DNA of 63,005 bases, counting the filler, from Octopus bimaculoides (lineage: Eukaryota): NCBI RefSeq assembly GCF_001194135.2. It is 5 parts of 5 records of this genome, joined end to end, with 100 filler letters (N's around TTAATTAATTAA, not from the genome) between each part and the next. Parts side by side here need not be neighbours in the genome. Positions count along the whole stretch, not along the records: positions 1 to 15,964 come from NC_068999.1; positions 16,065 to 32,106 come from NC_068991.1; 3 more parts are not named here. One strand, given 5' to 3'. A program made the position numbers and the translations under genes. Positions 10,906 to 23,019 of the stretch are shown here, one piece after another. Each line of letters begins with the position of its first letter. Within the stretch, counting starts at the first letter, position 1. Under the pieces are notes generated by a model. The model had not been told where the DNA came from. It was given only the letters and a program-made list of their open reading frames with translations, and ran no database searches.

Positions 10906-11939
10906 TACATGCATGTATACATAGACAAACATACATACACACGTTTGCTCGCTTGCACATATTAATATGTGTTCACATCTATATATATATATCTATATAT
11001 ATATATATACCACAGCATATGCTAATATTCACACACATATACATACACACATATGTGCCTACTCTCACTGTATATGAATACTTTCATCCAGGCGCTTATG
11101 CCAATACATATATTTGTGTATGTAGAAAAGCATATACACGCACGATCACCTAAATACAACTATACACAAATGTATGAATACATATCCATTTATATATGCA
11201 TACCTACCTTTATACATGTATACATATGCACACACGTTTACATATACTCATGTATACATACATACACATCAATATATATATACATATGCGTATATAGCTT
11301 CATCTATACATGTATGAGTTTATGCATATGTACTCATCCATGCCTATATCAGAGTTTATTTGAACATAGCTACATGTTCCAATGAGGTTATTCCATGGGG
11401 CGGGGGTGTCAGGACAAACTAGGCAATTTGATGAAACAGTAAAACAGTGAGACAGCACATGTACCAATATTAATACAGTAATAAATTCATACACTTAGCA
11501 TATGCACTTATCAACAGGTCCGTTCATGCATATTAGTTCCAAGAGCAGTCCATAGAGATGTGTTCGTTTGTAGACTGTTGTTAGTTGTATTATTGGTATT
11601 GTGAGTCTATAAGTGTTGATAGAATAACCACTTTATTGTGCAACATACAGTCCATGGAAAGCCTTGTGGCCAGTGTAACAGTATCCTGTGTTGTTGAGCA
11701 TAGGTGGTGGTGTTCTGTTCATCACTTAAAAAGCTATGTAAGGATAGATAAAAGTGTATGCATGACAGCGAACAAACAGGTAACATATACTGTAATAGAT
11801 CCATGAAATATCACAGTGATGTTAAACCGCAACATGTGTCCCAGGGAGAAGTTATGGTTTGTTATCTGGAAATCTAGGTAATATGTATATGTTAATTAGG
11901 TCTGTGACAATACTACATTGTGCTTATTATAATGGGCAA

Positions 11940-12235
11940 ATATGCATTTTCTAGCGTGCAAGCATCTTATTCCTTCTGAGAGCTTATATATGATACTTCC
12001 CTTCTGAACAAAATGCACAGCGATTCCTCTGTGCATAATCCACACCACTTGGAAAGGGCATTGTATAGTTGTGCGTGCCTCATTAGGGATCAGGATAGGT
12101 CATATTGTATCTTCTCAGATTTGAGTTGCCACAGTAAGTCCACCAATGATGTTGAGTGCCTCCTGTTGACTTTGTTGCAGTTGGAGATGTGGTTGCAGTA
12201 TTGATTTTTGAACAAATCAGCCATTGCACCTACGT
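11940..12235 (-). pseudogene. Second Nematis-like PLE GIY-YIG relic
   Basis: Minus frame reads DLFKNQYCNH..STSLVDLLWQLK..YDLS*SLMRHAQLYNALSKWCGLCTEESLCIL, with the same spacing as 8670-9032. Confidence 0.7.
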
Positions 12236-12284
12236 ATATATACAGGACTCCTCCTGTCTGCACAGCATATTTCTTAACGCCAAC

Positions 12285-12452
12285 CACTCTCAGAGTGGTT
12301 GGCGTTAGGAAGGGCATCCAGCTGTAGAAACTCTGCCAGATCAGATCGGAGCCTGGTGTAGCCATCTGGTTCGCCAGTCCCCAGTCAAATCGCCCAACTC
12401 ATGCTAGCATGGAAAGCGGACGTTAAATGATGCTGATGCTGATGTTGATGAT
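12285..12452 (+). mobile_element. RTE-type LINE 3' tail or tail-sharing SINE
   Basis: gttggcgttaggaagggcatccagctgtagaaactctgcc...gcggacgttaaatgatgctgatg. Confidence 0.8.
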
Positions 12453-12456
12453 ATAT

Positions 12457-12656
12457 ATATTTTGTTGTGTCTGGGGAGAGTGATTCTCTTTTAGTGCCTT
12501 ATTATTTAGCACACTCATCGGGAAAGTTTCCACTCATTTATTTATAGAAAAATTACTAAATAAATAAATATGTAAAGGAGTGGAAACTTTACCGGTGAGT
12601 GTAATAAGTAATAAGGCACTAAAAGAAAATGACTCTCCCTAGACACAACAAAATAT
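12457..12656. mobile_element. ~200-bp fold-back (MITE-like) element
   Basis: Arms atattttgttgtgtctggggagagt...gaaagtttccactc and gagtggaaacttt...actctccctagacacaacaaaatat are ~85-bp imperfect inverted repeats around an AT-rich core. Confidence 0.8.
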
Positions 12657-13620
12657 GCTTCAACACATGAACTCACATAAAGAATCTCGCAAACTAAATC
12701 CCAAAACAAAATATACATATATACATAAACCCACAGATTCAAAACAATACCTATTATTCAACTCATGCCACCCCAAACACATAAAAATTAATATACCTTA
12801 TAATCTAGTGAAAAGAATCTGTACCATAGTGTTGGACACCCATATTCGTGAACGAAGACTCCTTGAATTCAGATCAATACCAATCAAGAGACATTACCCA
12901 ATATCATTAATAAATGATGGAATTAAATGATCAAAGGAAATAGACATACGAACATTAAGGGCAGTCAACCGAAATACTACACCAGACTTAAAAATACTCC
13001 CATACATCTCCACACATAACCCTAGAAACAATGAAGCCTTCAACATTATTATCCAAAATCTACCCATCCTCACAGGAGATAAAACAATGAACAAAATTTT
13101 AGGCTCACACAAAATTATCTAAAGCAAAATGCAACCAAAATCATTGCAAAAAATATTAACCAGCGCAAGACTATATACATTAACAACAGAACCAAAAGTG
13201 AAAAAATGTGGTCGACCTAACTGTGGCACATGCTCCCACCTTTTGGAGGGTTCAGAGTTCCACTTTAAACAAGGTGAAATATTTAAGATTAAATCAAATT
13301 TCACCTGTGCCTCAGAAAACCTAATCTATGCTATTACATGCTTAGGGTGCAATAATCAGTATATTGGCCAAACAAGAACACCACCCCATCGCTGACCAAT
13401 CTCCACAAAGAACAAATCCACCACCCACAATACAGACAGATACAGGTCAGTGAACACATAGAAAAGTGTGCTAGGAACCTTAATCCTAATTTCCTAATTT
13501 TCCCCTTCTATCCATGTTCACAGAACACCTCAATACAGCAAAGAATGAATAAAGAGGCAACTTTCATCAATAAATATCTTCCACAACTCAATATGAACAC
13601 ATAACATAATACAGAACACT
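12657..13620 (+). mobile_element. PLE relic (Neptune/Poseidon-type thumb plus GIY-YIG)
   Basis: HKPTDSKQYLLFNSCHPKHIKINIPYNL; KKCGRPNCGTCSHL..FTCASENLIYAITCLGCNNQYIGQT; stops and frameshifts. Confidence 0.85.
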
Positions 13621-13645
13621 ACTAAACTTTCAATTAATACCACTA

Positions 13646-13765
13646 ACTTTGGTCAGCCCAAGGCTATAGTAGAAGATACTTGTGCAAGGTGCCACGCAGT
13701 AGGACTGAACCTGAAATCATGTGCTTGGGAAGCAAGCTTCTTACCACACAGTCACTCCTGCACCT
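13646..13765 (-). mobile_element. tRNA-derived SINE, family A
   Basis: Reverse complement of the family A head (cttaccacacagtcactcctgcacc). Confidence 0.75.
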
Positions 13766-13897
13766 ATATACATATATATACAAATATATTTATATTTATA
13801 TAAGGGCATTACTATAGAATAATGCCTCACGCTAAGCTACCATAATAAACACATTTTTACTGAACGCGAGGAAAATGCAACTCTCAAAAACTAGCTT

Positions 13898-14216
13898 CTT
13901 AAAAACAGACTTAACTATATATCGAACGATTTCCTGATTATTATAATATGTAACTTTCGATCACCAGTATAGTATGGTCAAAATATATAAAAATAAACAA
14001 AAAATTCAACATACCAAAACGAACACTCATGTATCCGGCATCGTACATAGAAGATTGTCTATCCCTATACATTCATGTAAAAGGCGGGTTGTTTTTGAAT
14101 TGCACTTCGGTACACGTGTTTATACCGGAATAATATTCAGCACTGAATATATTCGGGTTATATATTTAATTAATTCAATAATGGAATAAAAATCTATAGT
14201 TAAGTCTGTTTTTAAG
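13898..14216. repeat. Segment bounded by a perfect 22-bp inverted repeat
   Basis: cttaaaaacagacttaactata (13898-13919) and tatagttaagtctgtttttaag (14195-14216). Confidence 0.7.
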
Positions 14217-14239
14217 AGGTCATATATATATATATATAT

Positions 14240-15450
14240 AGTTGAAATTTAAAGAAAAGGGAAAGATGAAGACAGCTGTATCAACAACAAGGAGGTCTAT
14301 TAGTTTTACGCTTGCGAAAGTAAGAAAGTCGTTTACATTTTGAGCCTACGCTCTTCAACAGAAAGGAATACGAGGAAATAAACAGAGAGAATAAAAAAAC
14401 GTGTGGGTGTGCGAATGATGGTGTGTCAGTGTGTGGATGATGGTGTGTGGGTGTGCAGATAATGGTGTGGGTGCTGGGAGGTAGTCAGGAGTCCAGATGG
14501 CCCCTGTGCAAAGACAATCTGAACACAGACAGGTGTTGTAATGAATGACTGGTAGAGCGGAAATGGCATGAGACCGAGGTGTCATTACTGAGCCTAACGT
14601 CTTGGAGATGCTCTGCGAACTGGTCAGCCAAGTGGCATCCTGTTTGACTGACATACAGAGAAGGTCAGAAAGAGCAGGATATGCAGTAAATGATGTTGCT
14701 AGAAGTGCAGGTAAAGGAGTCAGTGAGATGATAGGGATGATGATGGGTGCCCATGAGGATGATGGCATTGGACAGGTAGCGGCAAGTGTGACAACGTGGG
14801 TGGGAGCAGGTGAACAAGCCAGGTTGGGAGGTGGGGGTTAGGGAAGAAAATGTGAATCAGGAGGTCACGTGGGTTGTTGGCTCATTTGAAGGAGAGAAAG
14901 GGTAGGTTGAGGAAGATGTGCGAAGTGGAGGGGCCAGACTGGAGTCGCTGGAAGGCTCAAAGAATGGTGCATTGGAAGGGTGGTAAATGAGGAGAAATGG
15001 GAGATGGGCAATTGTGAGTCAGTGCAGGGAGAGGGAGCAGTAGCACGGTCCACGGAACATGCTCTGGCAAGGGCTGTGTGGATAGTTGTGAGGGGATATT
15101 CATGAAGGATGAAGTGATGAGCCATGAGTTAAGACTGAGTCTCAAAGTCATGGTTGTCACTGCAGAGCCTGTGCAGACGGAGGAATTGGGAGTAAGGATG
15201 GAAAGCCTGGTGTGGGTATGGTGGGATGAGGAGAAGTTGAGATATGAGTGTGGGTCAGTGTCTTTGTAGTGGATGGAGGTAGTGAGAGCGGAAATGTGTA
15301 TGTTGAACGAAATGTTGAGCAAGTCAATGGAAGTGCTAGAGTGCAGGTGAGTTTGAGGGCATGATGGGAAGATTGGACAAAAGAGAGGAAGGAGTCTAGT
15401 CGTTCACGGGGGAGTTAGGTTGCTTCGATACAGTCATTAATATAACGACT
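14240..15450 (-). mobile_element. PLE relic (Neptune-type thumb, GIY-YIG, 3' pLTR)
   Basis: Minus frame TTSIHYKDTDPHSYLNFSSSH. Frameshifted YCIS/LLCMSVKQD/ADQFAEHL-like GIY-YIG at 14550-14720. Confidence 0.7.
14330..14368 (-). ncRNA. Degenerate hammerhead-like motif in the pLTR
   Basis: Minus strand CTTT-CTGTTGA-A-GAGC-GTAG-GCTC-AAAATGTA-AAC; stem II is intact but both core strands are mutated. Confidence 0.3.
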
Positions 15451-16008
15451 GTATAGTTCAGGAGTGGAACCAATGAAGCCTGAAAATATTTGGGCCTCAA
15501 TGTAACCAACAAACAGGTTCACATAGTTGGGGCTCATTCTCGTTCCCATGGCCACTCTTGAGACCGGTTAGTAAAAATACTCCATGAACGAGAAGCAGTT
15601 GAGGGAAAAAACAAGTTCGGCCAGACAATTTATGCACCACATTGCAGAAATCACAACGTAAGTATATCTGAAAGGGTAGTCTTACACTGTTGTACCGTTG
15701 AATTACAAATAATGCTCATCTGTTATGTTGGGGTTAAAATTTCATCAACATCAAAAATATATGAATTTTCAGGGGAGTTATGGCCGTTATGCAAAGAATA
15801 TAATTTCCAAATTTCATAAAGATCCATTCAGTACTTTTGACGTAGTTTTGGATAAGAAAACAAATGACTAATGTGTGTGTTTGTGTGCATGTGTATGTGT
15901 GTGTGATGAGTGTATATATGTATAGATATCTGTATGCATGTATATATGTATATATATATATATANNNNNNNNNNNNNNNNNNNNNNNNNNNNNNNNNNNN
16001 NNNNNNNN

Positions 16009-16020
16009 TTAATTAATTAA
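16009..16020. other. Assembly spacer TTAATTAATTAA between two 44-N runs (also at 32151, 44059, 61065)
   Basis: N44-TTAATTAATTAA-N44 totals 100 nt and has stops in all six frames. Confidence 0.9.
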
Positions 16021-16693
16021 NNNNNNNNNNNNNNNNNNNNNNNNNNNNNNNNNNNNNNNNNNNNAGAAAACAAATGAAGTTTGAAGTTTAAAAATAATAG
16101 GATCGACCACTCACGACTAGCTAGCGCGGACGCGCGACTGCGCGTTCGGGACCACTCTGCTTTAGTAGTACCCTTATACTCTGTGTGTTTTCAAACACAT
16201 GGATATAGGTGTCAAATTTGTTCCAATAACTTTCGAGTGATAGATAGATAGATAGAGATAGAGAGAGAGACAGACAGACAGATAGCTCGCTCCGGCCAGT
16301 CATGGTATTAGCTGTCCGTAGCCAAAGAATCAACTCAAACCAGCAGTAACGTTCCTTGTCAGATTTTTCTACTTTCACTTCTGACAGCTAATACCATGGG
16401 TGGGCTTACCAGGAGTCTAAGACTCCAGACAGTATTGCTCTCAGAATCATTGGCACACACAAGCTCTTTCATCATGACAAGGGACGACCATCAGAAGAGC
16501 AACAAGGGACAACCATATATATATGTACAAACATATACACACATACATACACAAACATACACATATATCTACACCTCCATATACACATACATAAATATAT
16601 ATACATGCACACACATATGTACATATAGATATATATATTACACATTGGTGAGCTGAAAAATTAAAGTTGTTGTTGAGAAAAAAATTAGCTGAC

Positions 16694-18345
16694 ATGGAGG
16701 ACTGGAAGCCATCTGAATATTGGAAAAGAGTTACCTGTATCATGATGATTCGTGCCAGGTATCAAAATGTTGACATTGTGACTGCTGCTCAATGATCTGT
16801 GAACACTGTAACAGCTATAAGACATGACATGGACAAGTCCCATGTATTGGGTCATCCCATGAATAATGCAGATTTTCATACTTCTTTTATTTTTCAAAAT
16901 TAGGATAAACAAAGTTCTTTTTTTAATCTAAAATATACTGTCCTTCATTTTCTACAATGCTCTTCCATCTATCTGGTAGACTTGCAAAGCCCCTCTTCCT
17001 TGTCGTGATGAAAAATACTCCTCCACTACTGTTCATATTTTTTCCGTCCAAATGATTTTGAAGACTGCGGAATAAATGATAATCATATGGGGTAATGTCC
17101 AGCAAATATGGTGAGTGGGGCATCGTTTCCCCATTCAAACTGCTCCAGCCTTTGAAATGTCATCCTCACTGTATGTGGCCAAGTATTATCCTGATGGAAG
17201 AACACCTTCTGTCTTGAAACAAAAGATGGTTGATTTTCTTCTAGTGCTGACTTAAGCCACTCAAGCTGCTCACAATAGATCTTCTCTGTCATTGTTTGGT
17301 TTGGGTTTAAAGGTTCAAAGTGGACTAAACCATTCATATCCCACCAAAGAGATAATGTGGGGGAAGACCTTCTTTAGCCTGGGGCACTGGTGTTTCTCCT
17401 TTCCCTACCCACTGTCTTTGGCACTTGACATTTTTATACAGAACCCATTTCTTATCACCAGTCACTATTCAGTCCAAAAAAGGTTCATTCATGAGATGTG
17501 ACATCAAAGAAGAGCACACATTCACTCTCTGTACATGATTAGACTCAGAAAGTTTGTGAGGAACCCATTGACTCAATTTTCTGACTTTTTCAATGGCACA
17601 CAGGTGTCGAAAGGTTGAATAACCAAATCCTAGCTAGTTCCTCAACAGTTATGATGGTATTTTGTTCCACCAGGGTTTGCAGAATGTCCTCGTCGAGCTT
17701 TATAGATCTTCCAGGGTGAGACTTGTCTTCTAGGCTGTAGTTTCTGGCTCGGAATTTCAGGAATCACCACTGACATTGGCTTACGCTTATTGTCAGATCC
17801 CCATATACTGCATTAATATTCCTCACACTTTCTGTTGCATTGCTGCCTTTATTGAACTCATAAAGCAAAATATTCTGAATATGCTCCTTTGTTACTTCTA
17901 TTATAGCTTTGAAAAATAATTGTTAAAATCAAACTGCACTCTTCAAAATTTGCACTAAGAATAAGTACGAGGTAAAATTACTACCTGCTTTTATAACAAG
18001 TTGATGGGATGACCCAGTGTTATGAAAACCAAGTTCCCCTAAACTGTAATGATCTTTGGGTGTGTCTCCAGTGATGGTGACTTCATGCTGCCTCACATTT
18101 TTGAATAAAGCAGTAGGTTCAATTCACATGGTTATGTGAAGCTACTGGAGATTGTGGTCAAACCCTGGCTGGAGAGAATTGCTGCTTGAAGTTCACATGT
18201 GTGGCAGCAGGATTCAGTTCCTTGCCATACCTCTGGAAAGAGTCAGAAGGGATTGTCAGAGAATTTCTACAACTCCACCATTCCCAATTTTTGGCCTCCT
18301 AATTCCTTGATTGTAATCCCATGGATTACTATGTGTGGTGTAAAG
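16694..18345 (+). mobile_element. maT/DD37D-like Tc1-superfamily relic split by a nested mariner
   Basis: MEDWKPSEYWKRVTCIMMIRAR at 16694. MKTKFP..VMIFGCVSSDG..VKPWLERIAA..VWQQDSVPCHTSGKSQ..WPPNS..NPMDYYVW at 18022-18345. Confidence 0.65.
16847..18017 (-). mobile_element. Mariner (DD34D) transposon relic with TIRs
   Basis: FFHQDNTWPH and HSPYLLDITPYDYHLFRSLQNHL on the minus strand. TIRs ttgggtcatcccat and atgggatgacccag; TA at 16845-16846. Confidence 0.85.
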
Positions 18346-18479
18346 AAGACTGTAGATATTTGAGAAAGAAGGTAGATAGTGTGCTACCAAGATAGATAAG
18401 TATCCATAACTTCTAACTTTTTGCCCTTGATATATATCAATGGTGGGATATATTGTTTGCCTAGTACTGGCTGTAGCAT

Positions 18480-19720
18480 AACCAATCTTCTTAAAGACTA
18501 ATTATAATTCCAAATTCACCACACATGTATAGAAAGCAATCCATCAGGAGCTGCCGGTCTTCCGCAATGTGGGTTACAGATTGCAATCATGAGCATAAAG
18601 GAGATCATGAATGAGAACCATGAGAGATTTTGTTACTACAGTAAAACTACAAACGTTGAAAAGCTTTCCTATTGTATGGTAACAGATGTAGATATATACC
18701 AGCATCACTATGCACAAAGGTTTGCAAGGTAATAGCAAAGAAGATGGTGAACAATGCTGGAGCCAGATCACCTTGTATAGTATTGGATTCAACTGATATA
18801 GGTTCTAGTAGTTCACCACTGACACAAACCCATGCTTCCATATTGTTATAAAGGAATCAAAGGAACCCTGTGAACTTTTCCAGACATTCTAGCTTGAGAA
18901 TGACACCCCAAAGAGTTGGTCTATATACAGTGTCAAAGTCTTGGTAAGATGATGAAACCCTGGTACAGATCAAGTTGTTGTTCTCTGCACTTCTCTTGAA
19001 TATATAGGGCTGTAAAGAGCATGTCAGTTGTACTTTGATTAGGCTGAAATCCACATTATGCCTCAGTAAGTATGCCTGGAGCAACATGGTCCAGCAATCA
19101 ACTGAGAAGTATCTTTGCAAAAGTTTTGCTAACAACTGACAACAGGGAGATCCCACTGTAGATATATATGACTTTGGGTCCTTTCTTATACAAAGAGTGG
19201 CATCTTTCCACTCATATGGGGTTTTGCCTCTAATCCACACTGTATGAAATATGGTGGATAAAAACCCCAGTATCTCATCACCACCTTTCTGAACCAATTC
19301 AGCAGCAATGCCATCATTCTCAGGGGCTTTGCAGGTATTCATCAGTTTTACAGCTACCATTATTTCATCACTAGTGGGTGGATCATCATGCTGATAGAAT
19401 TTAGGCACTTGTGCAAACCCTTCAATTACAGAAGGATTTACTACAGCTTCATGGTTCAAGCCATCGCTAAAATGCTGTCACCACTGGACCTAGATTTCAT
19501 TTTGCTTGTGCACCAACATATTAGCAGCTTTTGCTCATAGAGGTGCAAAGTCAGAGGATGGATGAGTGGGGCATAGATTACACACAGCTGATGGTACAGA
19601 GATTTTGAATCACTTATGTCAGCAGATATCTGAATTTTGTGGGCTTTTATTTCCCTACCATGCATCCTTTACTACCCACAACTCTCACTGGACCTTAGCT
19701 TTACACTCTTTCAAATCTTT
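18480..19720 (-). mobile_element. RTE-BovB-like LINE ORF2 relic
   Basis: PPTSDEIMVAVKLMNTCKAPENDGIAAEL..EWKDAT; QGDLAPALFTIFF; HDLLYAHDCNL. Confidence 0.85.
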
Positions 19721-20639
19721 CTCTAGCTTATCTCATTCACTTCCCAACATGGAACATGAAAGCAACTTTCAAGAGCCACTTTCTTTTCATCCAACAAATT
19801 TTTGACAAGTCCTTTGCTTTCTTTAAAGCCAGTCCTCACACACACGAACGTACACATGTACACATGCATGCACGTACACAAACACACACGCGCACACACA
19901 CACATTAATTTTACTCTAACAGATACCATCACTGCCTGTCAGCCAGTCTGCATTACAAGCTAAGACAGCTGTTACTTCTATAATAGCTACCAGGCAAACC
20001 TTAGTCAGTGTTGCATAATCAGGAATACATACTGATGGGATATACCCTTAATAAAATAGTTAAAAAAAAAAACTTTCGCTTTAAAATATTCTCTTGAAGA
20101 AAAAGACAATATTAAGAGCTTTCAATTTAAGAGGAACATTTACAACACTTTAATGAACCTTCATTCTGACAAATTAATGCTTGTTTATATGCCATGTTAA
20201 CCACTGTAAAGCAGTATATAGAAGTTAATCAAGAAGTAAACAAAACAGAATTGATGGAAAATGTGTCATTGTGAGTTTTGAATACAGAGAGAAAGATTGC
20301 TGATTTACAAAAGATTCTTGGCCATGTGACAATAATTATTTCATCCAAAAAAGCAACTCATTGTATGGCTCACCATCAAAAAGTGAAGAAGACTATAGAA
20401 ATAATATTCAGCAAAAGTGAAAAGAGAACCATTGATTACAAACTGATCACTCAGTGAGAAACTCCAACATCAGAGGAGAGTAACTGAAAGTAAACTAATG
20501 AGAAGATTTAACCAAAACCTGGCAGCAGTGTATAGAATCATGAAGGGACAAGCAATAAATGTCATAGAAGCTCCTTCATGAGAAGATATTCCTTCTGAGT
20601 AAAAATCAACAATGAAGAGAAGGAATTTAATTGGAATGC

Positions 20640-21860
20640 TTTGTGGATGGAAGAAATCTAAAGAAGTTAGTGTGCCTGCGTTACACCCAAGATATACAGC
20701 ATTGGTAGTGGCATCCTTGAAATGGTAATACAAAAAGGTTATGATAGAGAGAGATTTCATTATTGGATACTGGTACATTACTAATTGTAATGGCAAAGAA
20801 CAACTGACCAGTTACATGCCAGAATTTAATGTCTAATATATACATAGCCTATTAAAACCTATTCCTTCAAGCCCATTGGGAAAATGATATTATCACAGTA
20901 GAACAAGTTGCTGGTAAGAAGGGAGTTTGGGGATATACCAAGCAATTATTGATCAACAAACCTGAAATGTCTGAGGTACAGCAGCATTGGAGGAACCTTG
21001 TTTCAATGTGGTTGCACTATAAGAAATCATTTGGTTCTGTCCCACATTTGTGCATGATAAAAGCCCTTTAACTTGCTAAAGTTCCAGAAAACCTAATCAA
21101 AGCCATAGCTGACCTGATTTCATTTTGCGCTAACATTTTGAAGTTAAATACTAGGAGTGATTGTGTTATCACTGATAAATTACAGCATTGCAGAGGATAC
21201 TGTCTCTCTCTGGTGTTGTTAATACTTTCAGGAAACTCCTTGTTATTTATGTTGAGGAAATCTAAAGGATATCTCATAGGCTCACAGAGAGACAGAAGTA
21301 CCAAGATTACACATTGCTTCTTTGTAAATAACTTGAAGGGATATGCACAATATAAAAGTGAGCCTTGACTTGGTTACAATACTCTCAAAACCTATAGGGT
21401 TAGAGTTTGTTTAGGATAAATGTTCCTACATGGTTGTGAAATGTGGAAAAACTGTAAACCAGATTAGCAGTACCTCTGTTTATGACACTGTTGCTCCTAC
21501 ATATGATGAGGAATGTTACAGCTACCTAAGGATTGATGAAAAATTTTTCTTATGATGGTACCTGTTATAATAAATGCATCACAGTGTAACAGTGTAGATG
21601 CATCACAGTGTAACAGCTAGATAAGAAAAAATTAACCTCAGAACTCCCTGCATGCTTTAAAACAGTGGCCTACAATGTGCTTGCAGTATCAGAATTCATA
21701 TCAACTTTTGAACTACTTGATTGGATACTTGATGAGGCCTGAGCCACTGATGTAAAACCCACAAGATACTGACCTGCACAATTATGTAAATGTTTCATCA
21801 AAAATTGGGGGGGAAAGTGAACATCTATGGAGAACTAACATGAAACCTACAGCTCTTACA
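20640..21860 (+). mobile_element. Old R4/Dong-like LINE RT relic
   Basis: EQVAGKKGVWGYTKQLLINK..RNLVSMWLHYKKSFGSVPH at ~20900-21055; YLRIDE and LTSEL..FELLDW further 3'. Confidence 0.7.
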
Positions 21861-22074
21861 TTCAAGTTATAAATTTTCATTTGTACCTATTACACTGCGT
21901 AACAAAATTTTTTTTTTTGTCTTTGGTCTGTAAGTGTTATTTCCTACTTGCTTTCTAGAAAGGGGTGACTACTATTCCCGTCAAACTTTGCTTTTGCGAC
22001 CTGCACATCAATGCTTTGAAGCTGACCTATTTTCCATTACAGATTCAGCACTGAGTTGCTAAGTAAAAATATCA

Positions 22075-22235
22075 TTAAAGCAAATATTCTGTTCAATACT
22101 GCAGATTTACTTGCCAGTTGCTTGACCTTAGCCACTTGAGCATGCCCCTGACAATATGTGCATCTCTGATCATGAACAGGAGTAGTGGGGGAGCATTGTA
22201 GCTATGTGTTGAGTGAGATTTTTTGAGGTTTAAAT
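22075..22235 (-). repeat. Unclassified interspersed repeat, inverse of 57200-57370
   Basis: aaagcaaatattctgttcaatac..ttgcttgacctta..atgtgcatctctgatca matches the reverse complement of the 57.2-57.4 kb block. Confidence 0.65.
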
Positions 22236-23019
22236 AAATGTAACAAAAGCAAAGTTTGAAGGAAATAGCCATCTTTCATACTTTCTAGGGGTAAGCAAAT
22301 AGGAAATAACAGTTGCTACCCCAAGGACGATCATAGGTGCACTGGGCTACATAACAAACAGATATGCATAGAAAACTAGAGATGCTTAGGATCGCCATAA
22401 AAGAAAAGAACAAACTGGTTTGCCTTCTCCACATAGAGATGATTAGAGACACAGTAAAAATTGTAAAACATTTCAGGGATTTTCCAGTTGAAATTCCTGG
22501 GTAAACATATGCACACAATCACATGTACATATGGAGTACATATGCACATTTGCACATAAACAGTAATGAAACACATACACTTATGTTCTAATGTGTCAGA
22601 CACACAACACACATATGCATACGTTAATGAATTCAGGTAACCATAAACTCCAAAAGCCTATTTTGGCCTAAAAAAAAGAGTCTTGCTACTTTATTAATGA
22701 CTGACTTCAATTTTGCATAGGAAAACAAATTTTAAATAGATTCCAAAGAAAAACATGCATACATACAACTGTATATGCATACATGCACAAAGTGCATTCA
22801 TACATACATACATACATACATACATACATTCAATCATTCAATCATTCATTCATTCATTCATTCATTCATTCATTCATTCTATCTATGTTTCTGTTTCTTT
22901 CAGCACAAAAATTCAGTCATTTCTTTTACTAAAATTCCTAAAAGTTACATGTTAGGTATACAACAAGAGACACTAATGTAATCTATATTTCTTTGTGGGC
23001 AATCTAAAGGTATATACTC

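Noticed and set aside
13928-13995. CTGATTA...TGGTC-AAAA hammerhead candidate
   Set aside because: Both core strands are mutated, an 18-nt insert separates the core from stem II, and stem I is weak.
15469-15657. AG/GT-bounded exon-like segment ending in gtaagt
   Set aside because: There are stops in all three frames and no recognisable homology; probably a TE fragment.
16455-16500. Minus-strand CTGATGG...GAAAG hammerhead candidate
   Set aside because: It lacks A9, and no stem I can form around the putative cleavage site.
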